Shown here piece after piece: positions 13,001 to 25,500 of a stretch of 64,000 nucleotides of DNA (the stretch's first letter is position 1; each line of letters opens with the position of its first letter). The stretch is taken from contig CM075990.1 in NCBI GenBank assembly GCA_038087875.1, forward strand, positions 5,582,001-5,646,000, given 5' to 3'. The stretch comes from Malacoraja senta. Its lineage: Eukaryota. The position numbers were made by a program, and so were the translations under genes. Under the pieces are notes generated by a model, which was not told the DNA's origin, searched no databases, and saw nothing but the letters and a program-made list of their open reading frames with translations.

Positions 13001-16000
13001 GGTGCACACGTCTCCCAAGTATACGATTGCATAACCTGTGAACTGCTGTACAACCTGGTTCATAGCTTGCCAATGGATTTCTTTAGGCCATCGCCATGCA
13101 CCATAAACAGGATAATGAACCACACAGACCGTGATTTTCCATGTTTGATTGCTGCTAATATTTATACATGTGGACGTTGAAATGGTGGTTGGAGAGGGAA
13201 ATAGATTGTGAACGCTTAAGAGACTTCTCTTGGTGAAAGATTAAGCAGGATGCTTGAACATGGAGATAGCTGGATTAACAAAAATGAATGTTGCCAACAA
13301 TTATTTTGTGGTGCCTTCATGGTGAAAATAACAGGGCATGTTAAATGTATCATTTTTATCAAACCCACACACTCCTAGACCAGTCATCTCACTGAATCCT
13401 TGAGAATGAACGGCATTTGGGGTGGATGAGTGGTTGATAACTTTATCAGCGCATAGTGCTGCTGCCATCTTGATCAGTTTCCGTGTAGAAATTGTTGAGT
13501 TTTGTCATATGGGGATTTTTTAGACCTGCATGTTATGTGGGAACTTGTCAGATACCGTGCTAAAATACACACAGATTACATCCACAGCATTGATCTCAGA
13601 CTCTTGTTACACTCTCAAAAAGATCAGTCCATTTAAACATAACCTTCCTTTAACAAATCCACGTCAACTGTCCTGGTTATTTGGTGTCTTCCAAAATGAA
13701 GATTTTCGTTCTCATTCAGAATTAATCGGCCAGTAATTACTTGGTTTACAATGTCCCCCAGTCCCCTGGCATCACTGAGATAACCAAGTAAGTTGTCAAA
13801 TGATGTTCAAAGCTTCTGCAATTTCCTTTCTTTTGCCAACTTAAGACATGCTCGATTGGAATAGAGAACCATAGGACACGGGTTTAAGGTCAGGGGAGAT
13901 TTAATAGGAAGCTGAGGATCAACTCTTTTTATACAAAGGGTGGTGTATGGAATGAACTGCCGGGGAACGTAGTGGAGGCAAGTTCCATCACAAAGCTTAA
14001 GAAACATTTAAACGGGTACATGGATAGGATAGGTTTAGAGGGATATTGCTAAATGTAGGCAGGTGGGACTACTGTAGATGGGCATGTTGGTTAGCGAAGG
14101 GCAAGTTGGGCCGAAGAACCTGTTTCACGCTGTGAGACGCTGTCTCTATGACATGCACCATCTGGTCCTGGGGATTTATCCACTTCCAACCCCTTAATCC
14201 TTCCATGAAGATTCTTGCTCACATCCTTCACGTTTAAGCATTGGTCACTTATTCTGTGCCTGATAGGCCTCATTGTATCCTTAGCTGCGCTCTTGTTCTT
14301 AATGTACTCAAGTGCCTGTCCCACTTACGCAAATTTTTTTCGGCAACTTGCTGGCACCCGTCATAGTCGCAACAGGTTGCCGAAATTTTTCAACGTGTTG
14401 AAAATCCAGCGGCGACCAGAAAAAGGTACGACTCTTTGGACGACTACTCACGACCATACAGGCGTCTGTTTTTCTTCAACACTATTTTCAGGTTGATGTT
14501 TCAAGTTCAATTTTGCTGTCACTGCTCAGCCTTGTAAAGCTGACCTTTACTATTTTATTTTTGGCCAAATTTAACCATGTCTGGACCACTACGATGAAAA
14601 TTTCTCTATTGTCCTTATATGCATCCAATTTTATTCATCAAAATTAACTCCAGAATTGTCCTCCCTTTTGTTGGGTTTGTCATACACTGGTGAAAATAAA
14701 TTGTTCCAAATGCAAGTTCTCAAAACGAATGTTACTTTGTGGCCCCTAAGCACTGAAACTTTCTTTCCAACAGCTTCTCTCTATGTTTAAGCCATTCAAA
14801 TAATCATGTTTTTAATATTATGTAGCTCAGTGATAAATATTATCTGAATGCTCTTGTGAAGCTTTTTGCATTAGGGCTTGAAGGGAGTGCACATCTCTCT
14901 CACAGGGTTGTGCATTCACCTTTCCTGCCTTTGTGCTCCATCCACAAAGAAACACATTCTCTCCATTTCCAGATTGAACTCCATTCCCCTTCCTGTTTTT
15001 CCCAGTCCCTACCTGCTGCGGAGCTGCACTCAGGATCGAACTTTGTGGCTCTTATAGATGAGAATCTTGATCCGGTTCTTTGCAGCGGCAAGCGATGGAT
15101 CAGGATCTGGAACTGTTTCAACGGGTTCTTTGATTTCCACCAGTTAGGTGATAAAAGCACGGACGTAATTCACTGGCTTCTTGGTTCTTCGCCTCCTCAA
15201 GGGCAATGACTGATCTTTCCTTGTGATCTGCTCTTCCTTCATTGCATAATCGTGGGTAGAATGTGCTCAATTGTTTAAGGCTATGAACCCAACGGTGTCA
15301 CCAGGCCCATTGTGACAGATGCATTTCCAGCCCTCGGGTTACGTACCCTGCCGCTCACTAAGTGCTCCTGTCACTTTGCGAACCTGTCCATTGTGTGCAC
15401 CATGGTACAATTGATGACTCTGAAGGGAGTAGTGACAACCACGGCCAATCTTGTGAAGATCATTTGGAAGGCCATCTTATTGGTGGTGCTGCAACTGGTC
15501 CTTCCCAGATTAGCCTGAAGAAATTGTGCGGGACCATTTTGCTGTGATTCTTCCTTGGAGGTGATCTGTGAAGCCACTTATTTCTGATGGGGTCACAAGC
15601 CCCTGCCCTTCAATACCTTTCCTCATGAAATCTATGAAGCGTCTCCCTGTATGTGATCCAAGAATCTCCTTTAGAGCAGAAAGCCGGAAGTCTGGCTGCT
15701 TTTGGCCGAGCCCAGGGACTTCTCCCCCCCCCCCCCCCCTTTTTTTTTTTTTTTTAGCAGAGCCTATAGAGCGCCCCACCTGTAAAGATGATTTTGATTT
15801 CACTCCAAATAGGATCTATGAGCATTCCCTTGATCTGGATTGATGAGATCTGCATTAATAGCAGAAAAGTACCAGGCAATCTGATGGGACTAAAGGCTGA
15901 AAAACCACCTCAACCTGGTGGTCTCAATCCTAGGGTGTTTTACAAAAAAGATCTATGGGCTGTGATTGGTAATGATATTCCAAAGTTCTCCAGGATTCCA

Positions 16001-17422
16001 GCGAGGATCTAGTACATAGGAAATCTCCAAATGTGACATCTCTATTCAAGGAAAGAGAGTGGGAGCAAGCAAATAATTCTAAATTAGCTACCCTAATAGC
16101 ATGATTGGAATGTTGAAACCTATTAAGGAAGTAGTAGTGAGATATTTACATTCATAATCAAGATTGCAGTGTGAAAGAGAAATGGTTGACAAATGAGGAT
16201 GTATTGAACTAGCAAGGTGGTTAACAGGGAACCCAGTAGATTAAGTGTATTTGCAATCCCAAAAAGCAATCAGTAAAGTGTTGCAATGAGGTTTGCTCAA
16301 GTTGAGGACATGGGACAATACAGCTGATATTAGCATGGATAGAGGATAGCCAACCAATTGCAAACAGTTGGGGTGAATGACTCTTCTCAAATGCTTGTGC
16401 TGAACATGCCTACGTAAACCTATCTCTAATTAGTTTTTTTAGCTTAGTTTAGAGATACAGAGTGGAAACAGGCCCTTTGGTCCACCGAGTCGACCAGCGA
16501 TCCCCGCACATATGACGCTTGCATGTGCTCCATATCCTTCCATTTCCTGCCTATTCATGTGTCCATCTAACAACCACTCGAATGACACAACCATATCTGT
16601 CTCCACTATCACCCCCAGCAATGTATTACATTAAACTTTTCCTCTCTGACCTTAGATGGTGCCATCCAATCTTTGACATTTTCACCCTGGAGGTTAAAAG
16701 GTTCTGACTGTCTACCCTAGCCACACCACTCATAATGTTATATATATTCTCTCAGGTCTTCCCTCAGCTTTCAACGAGCCAGAGCATCTCTGGAGAACAT
16801 GAACAAGTGATGTTTTGGGTTGGGACCTTTTCTGACCCCTAATTATCACAGGAGGGAAATTGATTTGCCAACAGTCATAAAAACACAAAATACATGAAAT
16901 TAAAGTGACGAGTGGGAAGGATTGGGGAGGAGTGGGTTCGTCTCTCTATCCCAAGGGGGAAGGAGTTGTACAGTTTGATAGCCTAGTTTTAGTTTGGAGG
17001 CTTCGTCTGAAAGCCAGTACAGCCTCCAAATCCACTGTCCCCTTACGCAGCCAGTTTCTCCATTTGGTACATCTTTATAAATCAATAGTGAAAGAAACAT
17101 TGATACCCTTGGGTTTTATGCCGACTGGTTCCCAGCAGCATCGAGAACATCTTCTCTTCTGAAGACTCCATGACAACACGTACATGGTCCCGACCTCTGA
17201 TGCAACTCATTTAAGCCGCGCCCCCATAATGTTCAACTCTACAAAGGATCATAGATGTGAATGTACATGTGTATATATAAACTTTACATATATATAACTT
17301 TACAATATATATAAGCATGCTGGACAATTATCCCGAGTAGTGCTCCTGCCTGATTACTTTATCTCACTCCAGGTGTACAGGCCACACGAGTTAAACTCGA
17401 CTAAACTTGAACTTCTGTTGTC

Positions 17423-17428
17423 TTTATT
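17423..17428 (-). promoter_or_regulatory. Candidate polyadenylation signal of nodal
   Basis: AATAAA on the minus strand about 565 nt after the stop codon, following an AT-rich putative 3'UTR. No transcript evidence. Confidence 0.45.
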
Positions 17429-17992
17429 AATCAATTGCACGCTGCCCTTATCACCGGAATTATCAAAGAAAATGTGCTGCTATTAAAAGTAAACAGAATA
17501 CATAACACAAGAATCAACTCCAGTATGGATAAGATTTTTAATATAAATAGTTTGCTGATTGTACAGTCATATATGTTGAGCTATAAAAATATAATCAGGA
17601 ACATTTTCAAATGTAGATAATATACAACAGTGCAGTTTTAACTTTTGCTTTGCATTTGCTTTCCCCTTACATCTGCTTTGCACATCTTCCTTGGGAGGCA
17701 TCAATGTTTATCTGGATGCAGTTTCGCTACCATTCGCCAATGTCCGTTAAATATTTGACTACTGCTGCAGCCACTTGCACCCAGTTCTACAAATCTATCC
17801 ACGCTCTTTTACTTCCACGAAAGGTTACTCCTGTTTACTCCTCCCACCGGTGCCCAGGACTGCTTGACCAGTTAGCTGTTGAACTGTAGGGGCTGTGAGT
17901 GCAGAGTAATCCATTAAACACAGCCACTAGGATCGTGCCGATACCAAGACAGGCTTCTGTCTTGACACATGAGGTTAATGCGGGGAGGTAAG

Positions 17993-18145
17993 TCAACGAC
18001 ATCCACACTCTCGGACTACCATGTTCTCATGGTGGCGTAACACCACCTCGCCCTTTTCTATGTACAGCATGCTCATTGGACTCATTTTAGTGGGGACACA
18101 ACAAGGGGAAGGCACCAGCGATGGATGATGGAATTTGAGCAAACT
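17993..18145 (-). CDS. NODAL: Nodal exon 3 (C-terminal part of the cystine-knot domain); not in the supplied ORF track
   Basis: Minus-strand acceptor tttttttccccccag|AGT, phase 0 matching exon 2. Translates SLLKFHHPSLVPSPCCVPTKMSPMSMLYIEKGEVVLRHHENMVVRECGCR*, completing the 7-Cys pattern. Confidence 0.97.
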   Translation of the reverse strand, partial: SLLKFHHPSLVPSPCCVPTKMSPMSMLYIEKGEVVLRHHENMVVRECGCR

Positions 18146-18844
18146 CTGGGGGGAAAAAAAGATACATGGTTCAGAATTCTTAAAATACAGGTTACATTTT
18201 AAAATATAGCAAAAAAGGAACTGCAGATGCTGGTTTAAAATTTTTTAAATATAGAAATGAGGAACTGCAGATGCTGGTTTACAAAAAAGGACAAAAAGTG
18301 TGGAGTAAGCAACTCAGCGGGTCAGACAGCATCTCTGGAGGATAGGAATAGGCAACGTTTCAGGTCGAGACCCTTTTCAAACAGTCTGATCTTGGTTTAA
18401 GTCAGCATATTGTGTAGTTCCTTCTTACACAAGTGGTGGAGTAACTCAAGGGATCAGGCTTGAACAATGGAGTTACTCCAGCACTTTGTCTTTTATCATC
18501 ATTTTAAATGTTAGTTACATATTAACTTTAACACCACTGTGTCATTGCATCCTGCAGTTCAGATTCAGTGCATGGCACAGCTTTAGAGTTGCAGCAACAA
18601 TTTTATGCACATATGAACCAAAGCAAAGAAACATTGGAACACATTTGAAATGTAGGGATCATCACAACGAAGCTTAAAGTGCCCGTGTTCATGCATAATA
18701 TTGGATAGTACGCTATAAAAACGGCCCCTACAATTTATCCAGCACAAAACTAAATTGGCTCATAGCACAAAATGCTGGTGTAACTCAGTGGGTTAGGCAG
18801 CATGTCTGGAGATAATATCTCATCCAGCATTTTGCTAAAAGTAG

Positions 18845-19262
18845 GTAGACAAAAATGCTGGAGAAACTCGGCGGGTGAGGCAGCATCTATGGAGAGAAGG
18901 AAATAGGCAACGTTTCGGGTCGAAAACCTTCAGACTGGTGTGCGGGTGGGAGGGGGGGGGCAGGAGGAAGAAAGGAGGAGGTGGAGCCAGTGAGGGAGAG
19001 CTGAGAAGGGGAAGAGAAAGTAAGGACTACCTGAAATTAGAGAAGTCAATGTTCATGCCGCTAGGGTGCAAACTTCCCAAGCGAAATATGAGGTGCTGCT
19101 CCTCCAATTTATGGTGGTCCTCACTCTGGCCATGGAGGAGGCCCAGGACAGAAAGGTCGGATTCGGAATGGGAGGGGGAGTTGAAGTGCTGAGCCACCGG
19201 GAGATCAGATTGGTTATTGCGAACCGAGCGGAGGTGTTCGGCGAAGCGATCGCCAAGCCTAC
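18845..19262 (-). mobile_element. Penelope-like retroelement 3' fragment (C-terminal GIY-YIG endonuclease region + terminal repeat), in nodal intron 2
   Basis: Minus-strand frame 19260-19027 reads RLGDRFAEHLRSVRNNQSDLPVAQHFNSPSHSESDLSVLGLL...LEEQHLIFRLGSLHPSGMNIDFSNFR*. It is followed by the terminal repeat that recurs throughout the window. Confidence 0.85.
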
Positions 19263-22200
19263 ACTTGTAAATGTCTAAAGCCAGGAGATGTTTATCCTGT
19301 CTGCCTGAATTGGATAGAGCTTAATTCCCAAAGGGCAATTCACAAACCATTTTCTTGCGAGTGAATCTATTCAGTGATAATAGGGTCACCGCAGAGTTGT
19401 TGGGACTTTGTTGCACAATGCTATACCTGATTTTCTAGAGCAGTTCCATTTGGTGAATTGATAATGCTTATAGTACCATTCATTATGATGTTTATTTTAT
19501 GGTAAATAAGACAATTGCGGTCCCATACTGTTTAAATATGCTAACTTGTCACTTTTGCAGTTCATGTATGGTGGTGTAATGTTTATGCTATCAGAGTAGT
19601 TATTCAGGTACAGAAATGAGAAACACTGGAATAAGCATAACTGCTCTCCCTTGTATCAGTGCCTCCAGGCTTGTAAAATACACCGTGAAACATTCAGCAC
19701 CAAATCTTAGATCTTTTCAAAGTCAAATACCAAGTCCTTGCTACTATAGCTCTTGGAATGAGGGGGGTGATCTTATTGAAACCTACCGAATAATGGAAGG
19801 CATAGATAGTGTGGATGTGGAGAGCATGTGGGAGTGTATGTTTCCAGTAGTGTGAGAATCTAACACCAGAGGGCACAGCCTCAGAATAAAAGGACCTACC
19901 TTTAGAATGGAGATGAAGAGTAATTTCTTCAGCAAAGAGTGGTGAATCTGTGGAATTCATTGCCACAGATGGCTGTGGAGGCCGTCTTTGGGTATTTTCT
20001 AAGTGGGTTCTTGATTCAAACGGGTGTCAAGGGTTATGGGGAAGAAAGCAAGAGAATGGCAGTGAGAGGGAAAATAGGTCAGCCATGATCGAATGGCAGA
20101 GGAAACTCAACGGGCTAAATGGCATAATTCTGTTCCTACATCTTATGGTCTTACGATTTTAGTTTAGTTTAGAGATACAGCGTGGCAACAGGCCCTTGGG
20201 CCCACTGAGTCAGCACCAATCAGCAATCACTCATACACTACTAATTCTATTCTATACGCTAGGGACAATTTACAGAAGCCAATTAACCTAAAAACATGCA
20301 TGTCTTTGGGGTGTGGGAGGAAACTGGAGCACCTGGAGAAAACCCACGCGTTCACAAGGGAAACTTACAAAATCCATACAGACAGCACCCGTAGTCAGGA
20401 TCGAACCCGGGTCTCTGGCGCTGTAAGGCAATGGCTCTACTGCCACTGGGCTGCCCTGTATCACTTTTATGAGGTGGTGGAGGAATTTCTGGTCACAACT
20501 TTACAGAAACTGATGATGTTGCATGAAATTTTTTGGAGGATGTTAGCAGGGCTTGGAAAGTTGTAGTTATGTGGAAAGATTGGAAATGTCAGCATTGTTT
20601 TCTTTTGACACAGTAGAGACTGAAAGGAATCTTAATGATGCATAATATTATGAAGGGCATAGTTTACCAGAGGAGTTAAAATCAGGCAAAGGACACAAAA
20701 ATGGTGGAGTAGCTCAGCAAGTGAGGCAGCATCTCTGGAGAACATTGATAGGTGACATTTCGGGTCGGCAGCCTTCTTTAGACTGAGAAAATGATTTGCA
20801 ATCCTACAGAATTATAGTGATCTGGAATTTACAACCTGAAATGAGGCAATGATGAACATTTTCATCACATTTAAGAAACAGAGGTTTCATTACCACGGTT
20901 ACAGGGAGTTATTAGAATGTGGTAGCTCTTTATTGACCAGCACAGAACAATGAGCTAAAGGGCCTGCCGTGTGTTGATAAATTAGTTATAATGTTGTATC
21001 TGTGTAAAGTGATGCACAAGTATGCTTCAACACTGTGTCCTGATTCTGCACAGTGTCCTCACAGCTAAGGTTACACAAATCTTTTTACTTTCGAAAAATG
21101 GCACACATCATGTGGCTGAACTGCAAACAGATAAGAATGAACCTCAGGCTGTTGGACTGGAAGTTGTGGTCAGTGGTAAGCCATTTGAGGTCACTGTTGA
21201 CCTATGAAAACAGTGCACATTGAGCTCTTGCTGTTACCCCAGCAGAAACTGGTGGGATGAATCAAGCTCCAACACTCACGGAGACGCCTTGAGGTATGGG
21301 AAGGGATCTTACTCAACACATGCTGGAGGGAATTTAATTTAATGATACAGCATGGAAATAGGCCCTTCAGCCCACCGAGTCCATGCCAACCAGCTATAAC
21401 CCGTACACTAATTCTATCCTACACAAGTCGAACAATGTACAAAAGCCAATTAACCTACAAACCTGCACGTATTTGGAGTGTGGGAGGAAACCGGAGCACC
21501 CATACTGAAAACCCACACTGTCACAGGGAGAACGTACAAACCCCACACAGAGAACACGCGAGGTCAAGATCAAACCCGGGTCTCTGGCACTGTGAGGGAG
21601 CAGTTCTACCGCTTTGTCACTGTATCACCCCTATCTAGAGTGGAAACAGGTCCATCATCCCAACTTGCCAAAGCTGACCAACATGCCCCATCTACACTGT
21701 TCCCACCTGCCTGAGTTTGGGCCATATCCCACTACATCTATCCCATCCATGTACCTGTCCAAATGTTTTTTAAACTTTGTGATTTTACCTGCCTCAACTA
21801 CCTCCTCCGGGAAGCTCATTCCATATACCGACCACCCTTTGTGTAAAAAAGCTGACTCTCAGGTTTATTAAATCTTTCCCACCCTCACCATAAAACTATG
21901 TCCTATTCTGAGTAAAATTTACCCTACCTACAGTATTCCTCTCTTCATCTTATCTCTCTTCATCTCTATAAGATACCCCTCATCCTCCTGCGCTCCAAGA
22001 AATAAAGTCCTAACCTATTCAACATGTGACAATAAACTGACCTTGAAACCTTGAAACCAATGTCTTGTACAACCGTAACATGGCCTCCAAACTGTTGCTC
22101 AGAACAAACCCGGCCAACATTGTAGCTGCCAATAACTCAACATTTCTGATATTCAGTAACATTTTTTAAAAGGTCAAGCGTTTACCTATTTATTTATGAT

Positions 22201-23499
22201 TATTAGAATGTTTAAAAAAAAATGAAAGCACACAAACACAGAGCACAGGGCTTACAGGATGGGTGACTGAAGACCTTATTGGTTTGTTTAAAGGTAAAAT
22301 GCTTAGGGAGCGAATCTGGAAGCTGATACTCCAGCAGGCAGAGGGCGCTGTATTTGGAATAAGAAGAATGAAAAAGATGCAAAAGGCTTGAACTAAAGGA
22401 GAGTTAGCACTGCAATTGAATTAGTTAAAGAGATAATGAGGGGTGAAGCCACAAATTCTTTGAAGAAAAGTTTGCAACTACATAACTGGAAGCCAGAATA
22501 AGTTGTGCCCTGGGTGAGGTGATTGAATTGCACTAGGGCTTTGGGCTTTTTTTGCTCTAATATTGGGGGGGTTTTGAGATTGAAAGATTCTTGATTCGCA
22601 GGTGCGTCAGGGGCTATGGGGAGCAGGCAGGAAAATGGAGTTGAGAGGGAGAGATAGATCAGCCATGATTGAATGGTGGAGTAGATTCGATGGGCCGAAT
22701 GACGTAATTATGCCCCTATGACTTATGTATGAACTTATGAACACTGGGCCATGCATTGCACCTTTTAAGAACTGGATATAAATTTGAAAAGACAGGATAC
22801 AAAAGTATATGGGGAAGTGAAAAGGGAAATGGGATTAAAAGTGAAAGCTACAGTTGAAGAGCTGGCATGGTCACATTTGTTACGTGTATGCCATCTATAT
22901 ATATGAACAAAGAACATCTTTGTTCTGCGCCAATATCACTTCAGCAGTTACAGAAAGTGCGCAGCTTTACAGTCAACAAGAGTTGAAGAAAGTCAGAATC
23001 GGAGCTGGCGGAGCTGCTGCCTCACAGCGCCAGAGTTCCGCATTCGACCCTGACCTCGGGTGCTGTCTGTGTGGAGTTTGCACGTTCTACCTGTGACCGT
23101 GTGTGTTTTTTCCAGTTGCTCCGGATTCCCTGCCATCCCAAGGATGTGCGGTTTTCTGGGTTAGCTGTCCCCAGTGTGTAGGGAATGGATTGACAAAAGT
23201 GGGATAATATGGAACTAGTGTGAATGGAGAAGGATCAGTGGTTGGCGTGGACTCAGTGGGCAGATGGACCTGTTTCCATACTGTGTCTCTTAACGTTTTC
23301 CATGTAAATGCACCCGCTCTGCACGTCCTGCAGTATAATTGAATGGAGGTGCAAGGAACTGCAGATCATAAGATCATAAGTGAATGGAATAGAATTAGAC
23401 CTACTCTGCCATTCAATCATGACTGATCTATCTTTCCCTCCTAACCTCATTCTCCTGCCTTCTCCCCATAACCTCTGACACATGTTAGAATCTTAAGCA

Positions 23500-23850
23500 A
23501 GGCGGGCAGAGGCAGGAAACATGTTGCCGATGTTGGGGGAGTGCAGAACCAGGGGCCACAGTTTAAGAATAAGGAGTAAGCCATTTAGAACAGAGACGAG
23601 GAAACACTTTTTCTCACAGAGAGTGGTGAGTCTGTGGAATTCTCTGCCTCAGAGGGCTGTGGAGGCAGGTTATCTGGATGCTTTCAAGAGAGAGCTAGAT
23701 AGGGCTCTTAAAATAGCGGAGTCGGGGGATATGGGGAGAAGGCAGGAACGGGGTACTGATTGGGGATGATCAGCCATGATCACATTGAATGGCGGTGCTG
23801 GCTCGAAGGGCCAAATGGCCTACTCCTGCACCTATTGTCTATTGTCTACA
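23500..23850 (+). mobile_element. CR1 LINE 3' end (representative; others at about 13855-14150, 15850-16380, 19755-20160, 21630-22020, 28040-28600, 33110-33450, 33840-34130, 35285-35670, 50020-50260, 50490-50800)
   Basis: RTRGHSL...FFSQRVV.LWNSLP...FKRELD C-terminal CR1 motif plus the conserved 3'UTR. Confidence 0.88.
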
Positions 23851-24670
23851 CAAAGTGTTGGAGAACCTCAGCCAGTCAGGCAGCATCTTTGGAGGTAAAT
23901 GACAGAGGGTGTTTAGGGTCGGGATCCCAGTCTGGCCCTAAATTTCACCGGTCAATTCCCTCCACAGATGCTGCCTGGCCCACTGAGTTTCTCCAGCACT
24001 TTGTTTTGCTGCAGTGTAATGTTACTGAATGAAGGTTGTACTGAATGAAGGTTCTTCTAAATCTCTTGTTGGCCGTTAGTGGCCATCATACATTTGTGAT
24101 CTCTAGTTTTGGACACGAACAGTCTAATTACATCTGGCCATCATGGTTAGTCATCTTAGTAAATACTTGCATTGAGCCACCTCGCGACCTCTTTTCCAGA
24201 GGGGAAGAGGTCCAGCCATTTAAATCTTGTTCAATGACCTTTTTTCCACCCAGTTTTATTCCACCAGGGAGGTCTTACCTTCCACCACCTGCAACCTCCG
24301 GTAACCACCTTCAATTAGCATCGCAACCGGCTTCGACTAAAAAATCACCGATTTTTAAAACGGCAACCTCTTTTTAGTCGAGGCCGGTTTTGAATTTTTT
24401 GAAATAATCGCCGGAACAACCACTTTCGACCATTAGGGAGAGTGACAAAAACCTCCGGGAACCTCATGGAAACCTTGGGTGGGGCGCAAGGTCTCCAGAG
24501 GTTTCCGTTCAGGTTTCCTAAGTGGGACAGGGGCTTTACCTTTCATATCAACAACCAGAGAGCGGCGATCGCTGGTCGGCGCGGACTCGGTGGGTCGAAG
24601 GGCCTGTTTCCGCGCTGTATCTCTAAACTAAACTAAAATGAAGCGGCATTTAACGCATTAAGGGCCCTAC

Positions 24671-25500
24671 CTGCATGTACGCATGGTTGGTGGGCTTAAC
24701 GTCCTCCCCGGTTGGGATCGGGCACTCCCCCTCGCAGCGGAAAGCGTTGTACACCTTGGGGAAGATGACCCAGGCACCCCAGCCGATTTTACCAAATTTA
24801 ATTTCAAACTTGATCCTCCGGCAGGGAGTCGAGCTGCCCGCCTTGCCTTGGTGGCGGGCGTGCCGGGGGCGAGGGGCTTCGCTGCGCCCCGCTCTGCCCC
24901 TACCCCTACCCTTGCCCCGGCCTCGGCCTCTGCCATTGACCCTGCCCCGGCCACGGCCAGTCTTGCTGCTCTGCTTTCGCCGACCGCCTTTCCTCTTGCG
25001 GGGCCACCGCACTCGCCTGGAACCTTTAGCGTCTTTCAGCAGCGAAGATGTCCCCGAGCAACTCCGCTCTGCTCTCCGGGAGAATACCAAGAGCAGGGCC
25101 ATCTCCTTGCTCTCGGGCTTGGCTTTGGCCATGGGGTCCGGCAGCGACCGCTTCCTCTTGCAGACCAGGCTCTCTGTCGGCGGAAGGTCGCCGTCCTCAC
25201 CCACAGAACCCGTCTGGTCGCGGTTCATCCAGTGCCGCAGGATGTCGGTAACGTTGTACACGGCGCAGCCGGCCGTGTCCTCCAGCGCCGAGTCGGGAGG
25301 GAAGGATCCCAGGACCAGCTGGTCTTGGCAGACGGTGGGGCCACACGGGTACTGAGAGTGGTGGCGGATCTCCAACAGCGAGCAGGACTCGGCGAAGGCA
25401 GGCAGACTGATCCTCAGCTCGGCGAACTGAAGCTGCTCGTTGGCGGCGAGGGTCGACATGTCAAAGGTGACAATCCAGCGGCTCCCGTCGTGACGGAAAC
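24671..25500 (-). CDS. NODAL: Nodal (TGF-beta family) exon 2: prodomain, processing site and first part of the mature domain
   Basis: On the minus strand, acceptor ttcctag|GT and donor ATGCAG|gtaggg. Translates FRHDGSRWIVTFDMSTL...AELRI... RHAR HQ...CRRIKFEIKFGKIGWGAWVIFPKVYNAFRCEGECP...PTNHAYMQ. The WxxTFDMS/AELR prodomain motifs and CEGECP/PTNHAY are Nodal hallmarks. Confidence 0.96.

Noticed and set aside
14850..15720. Cluster of 60-117 aa ORFs between eif4ebp2 and nodal
   Set aside because: No coherent protein or splice pattern. Possibly a very decayed retroelement (TIEHIL-like remnant), but too weak to call.
17429..17992. miR-430/302-type seed sites in the nodal 3'UTR
   Set aside because: I saw no GCACTT match on the minus strand by eye.
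24650..25459. The 269-aa ORF as a complete single-exon gene
   Set aside because: It starts at an internal Met and runs past the splice donor at 24670. The true C-terminus is in exon 3 at 17993-18145.
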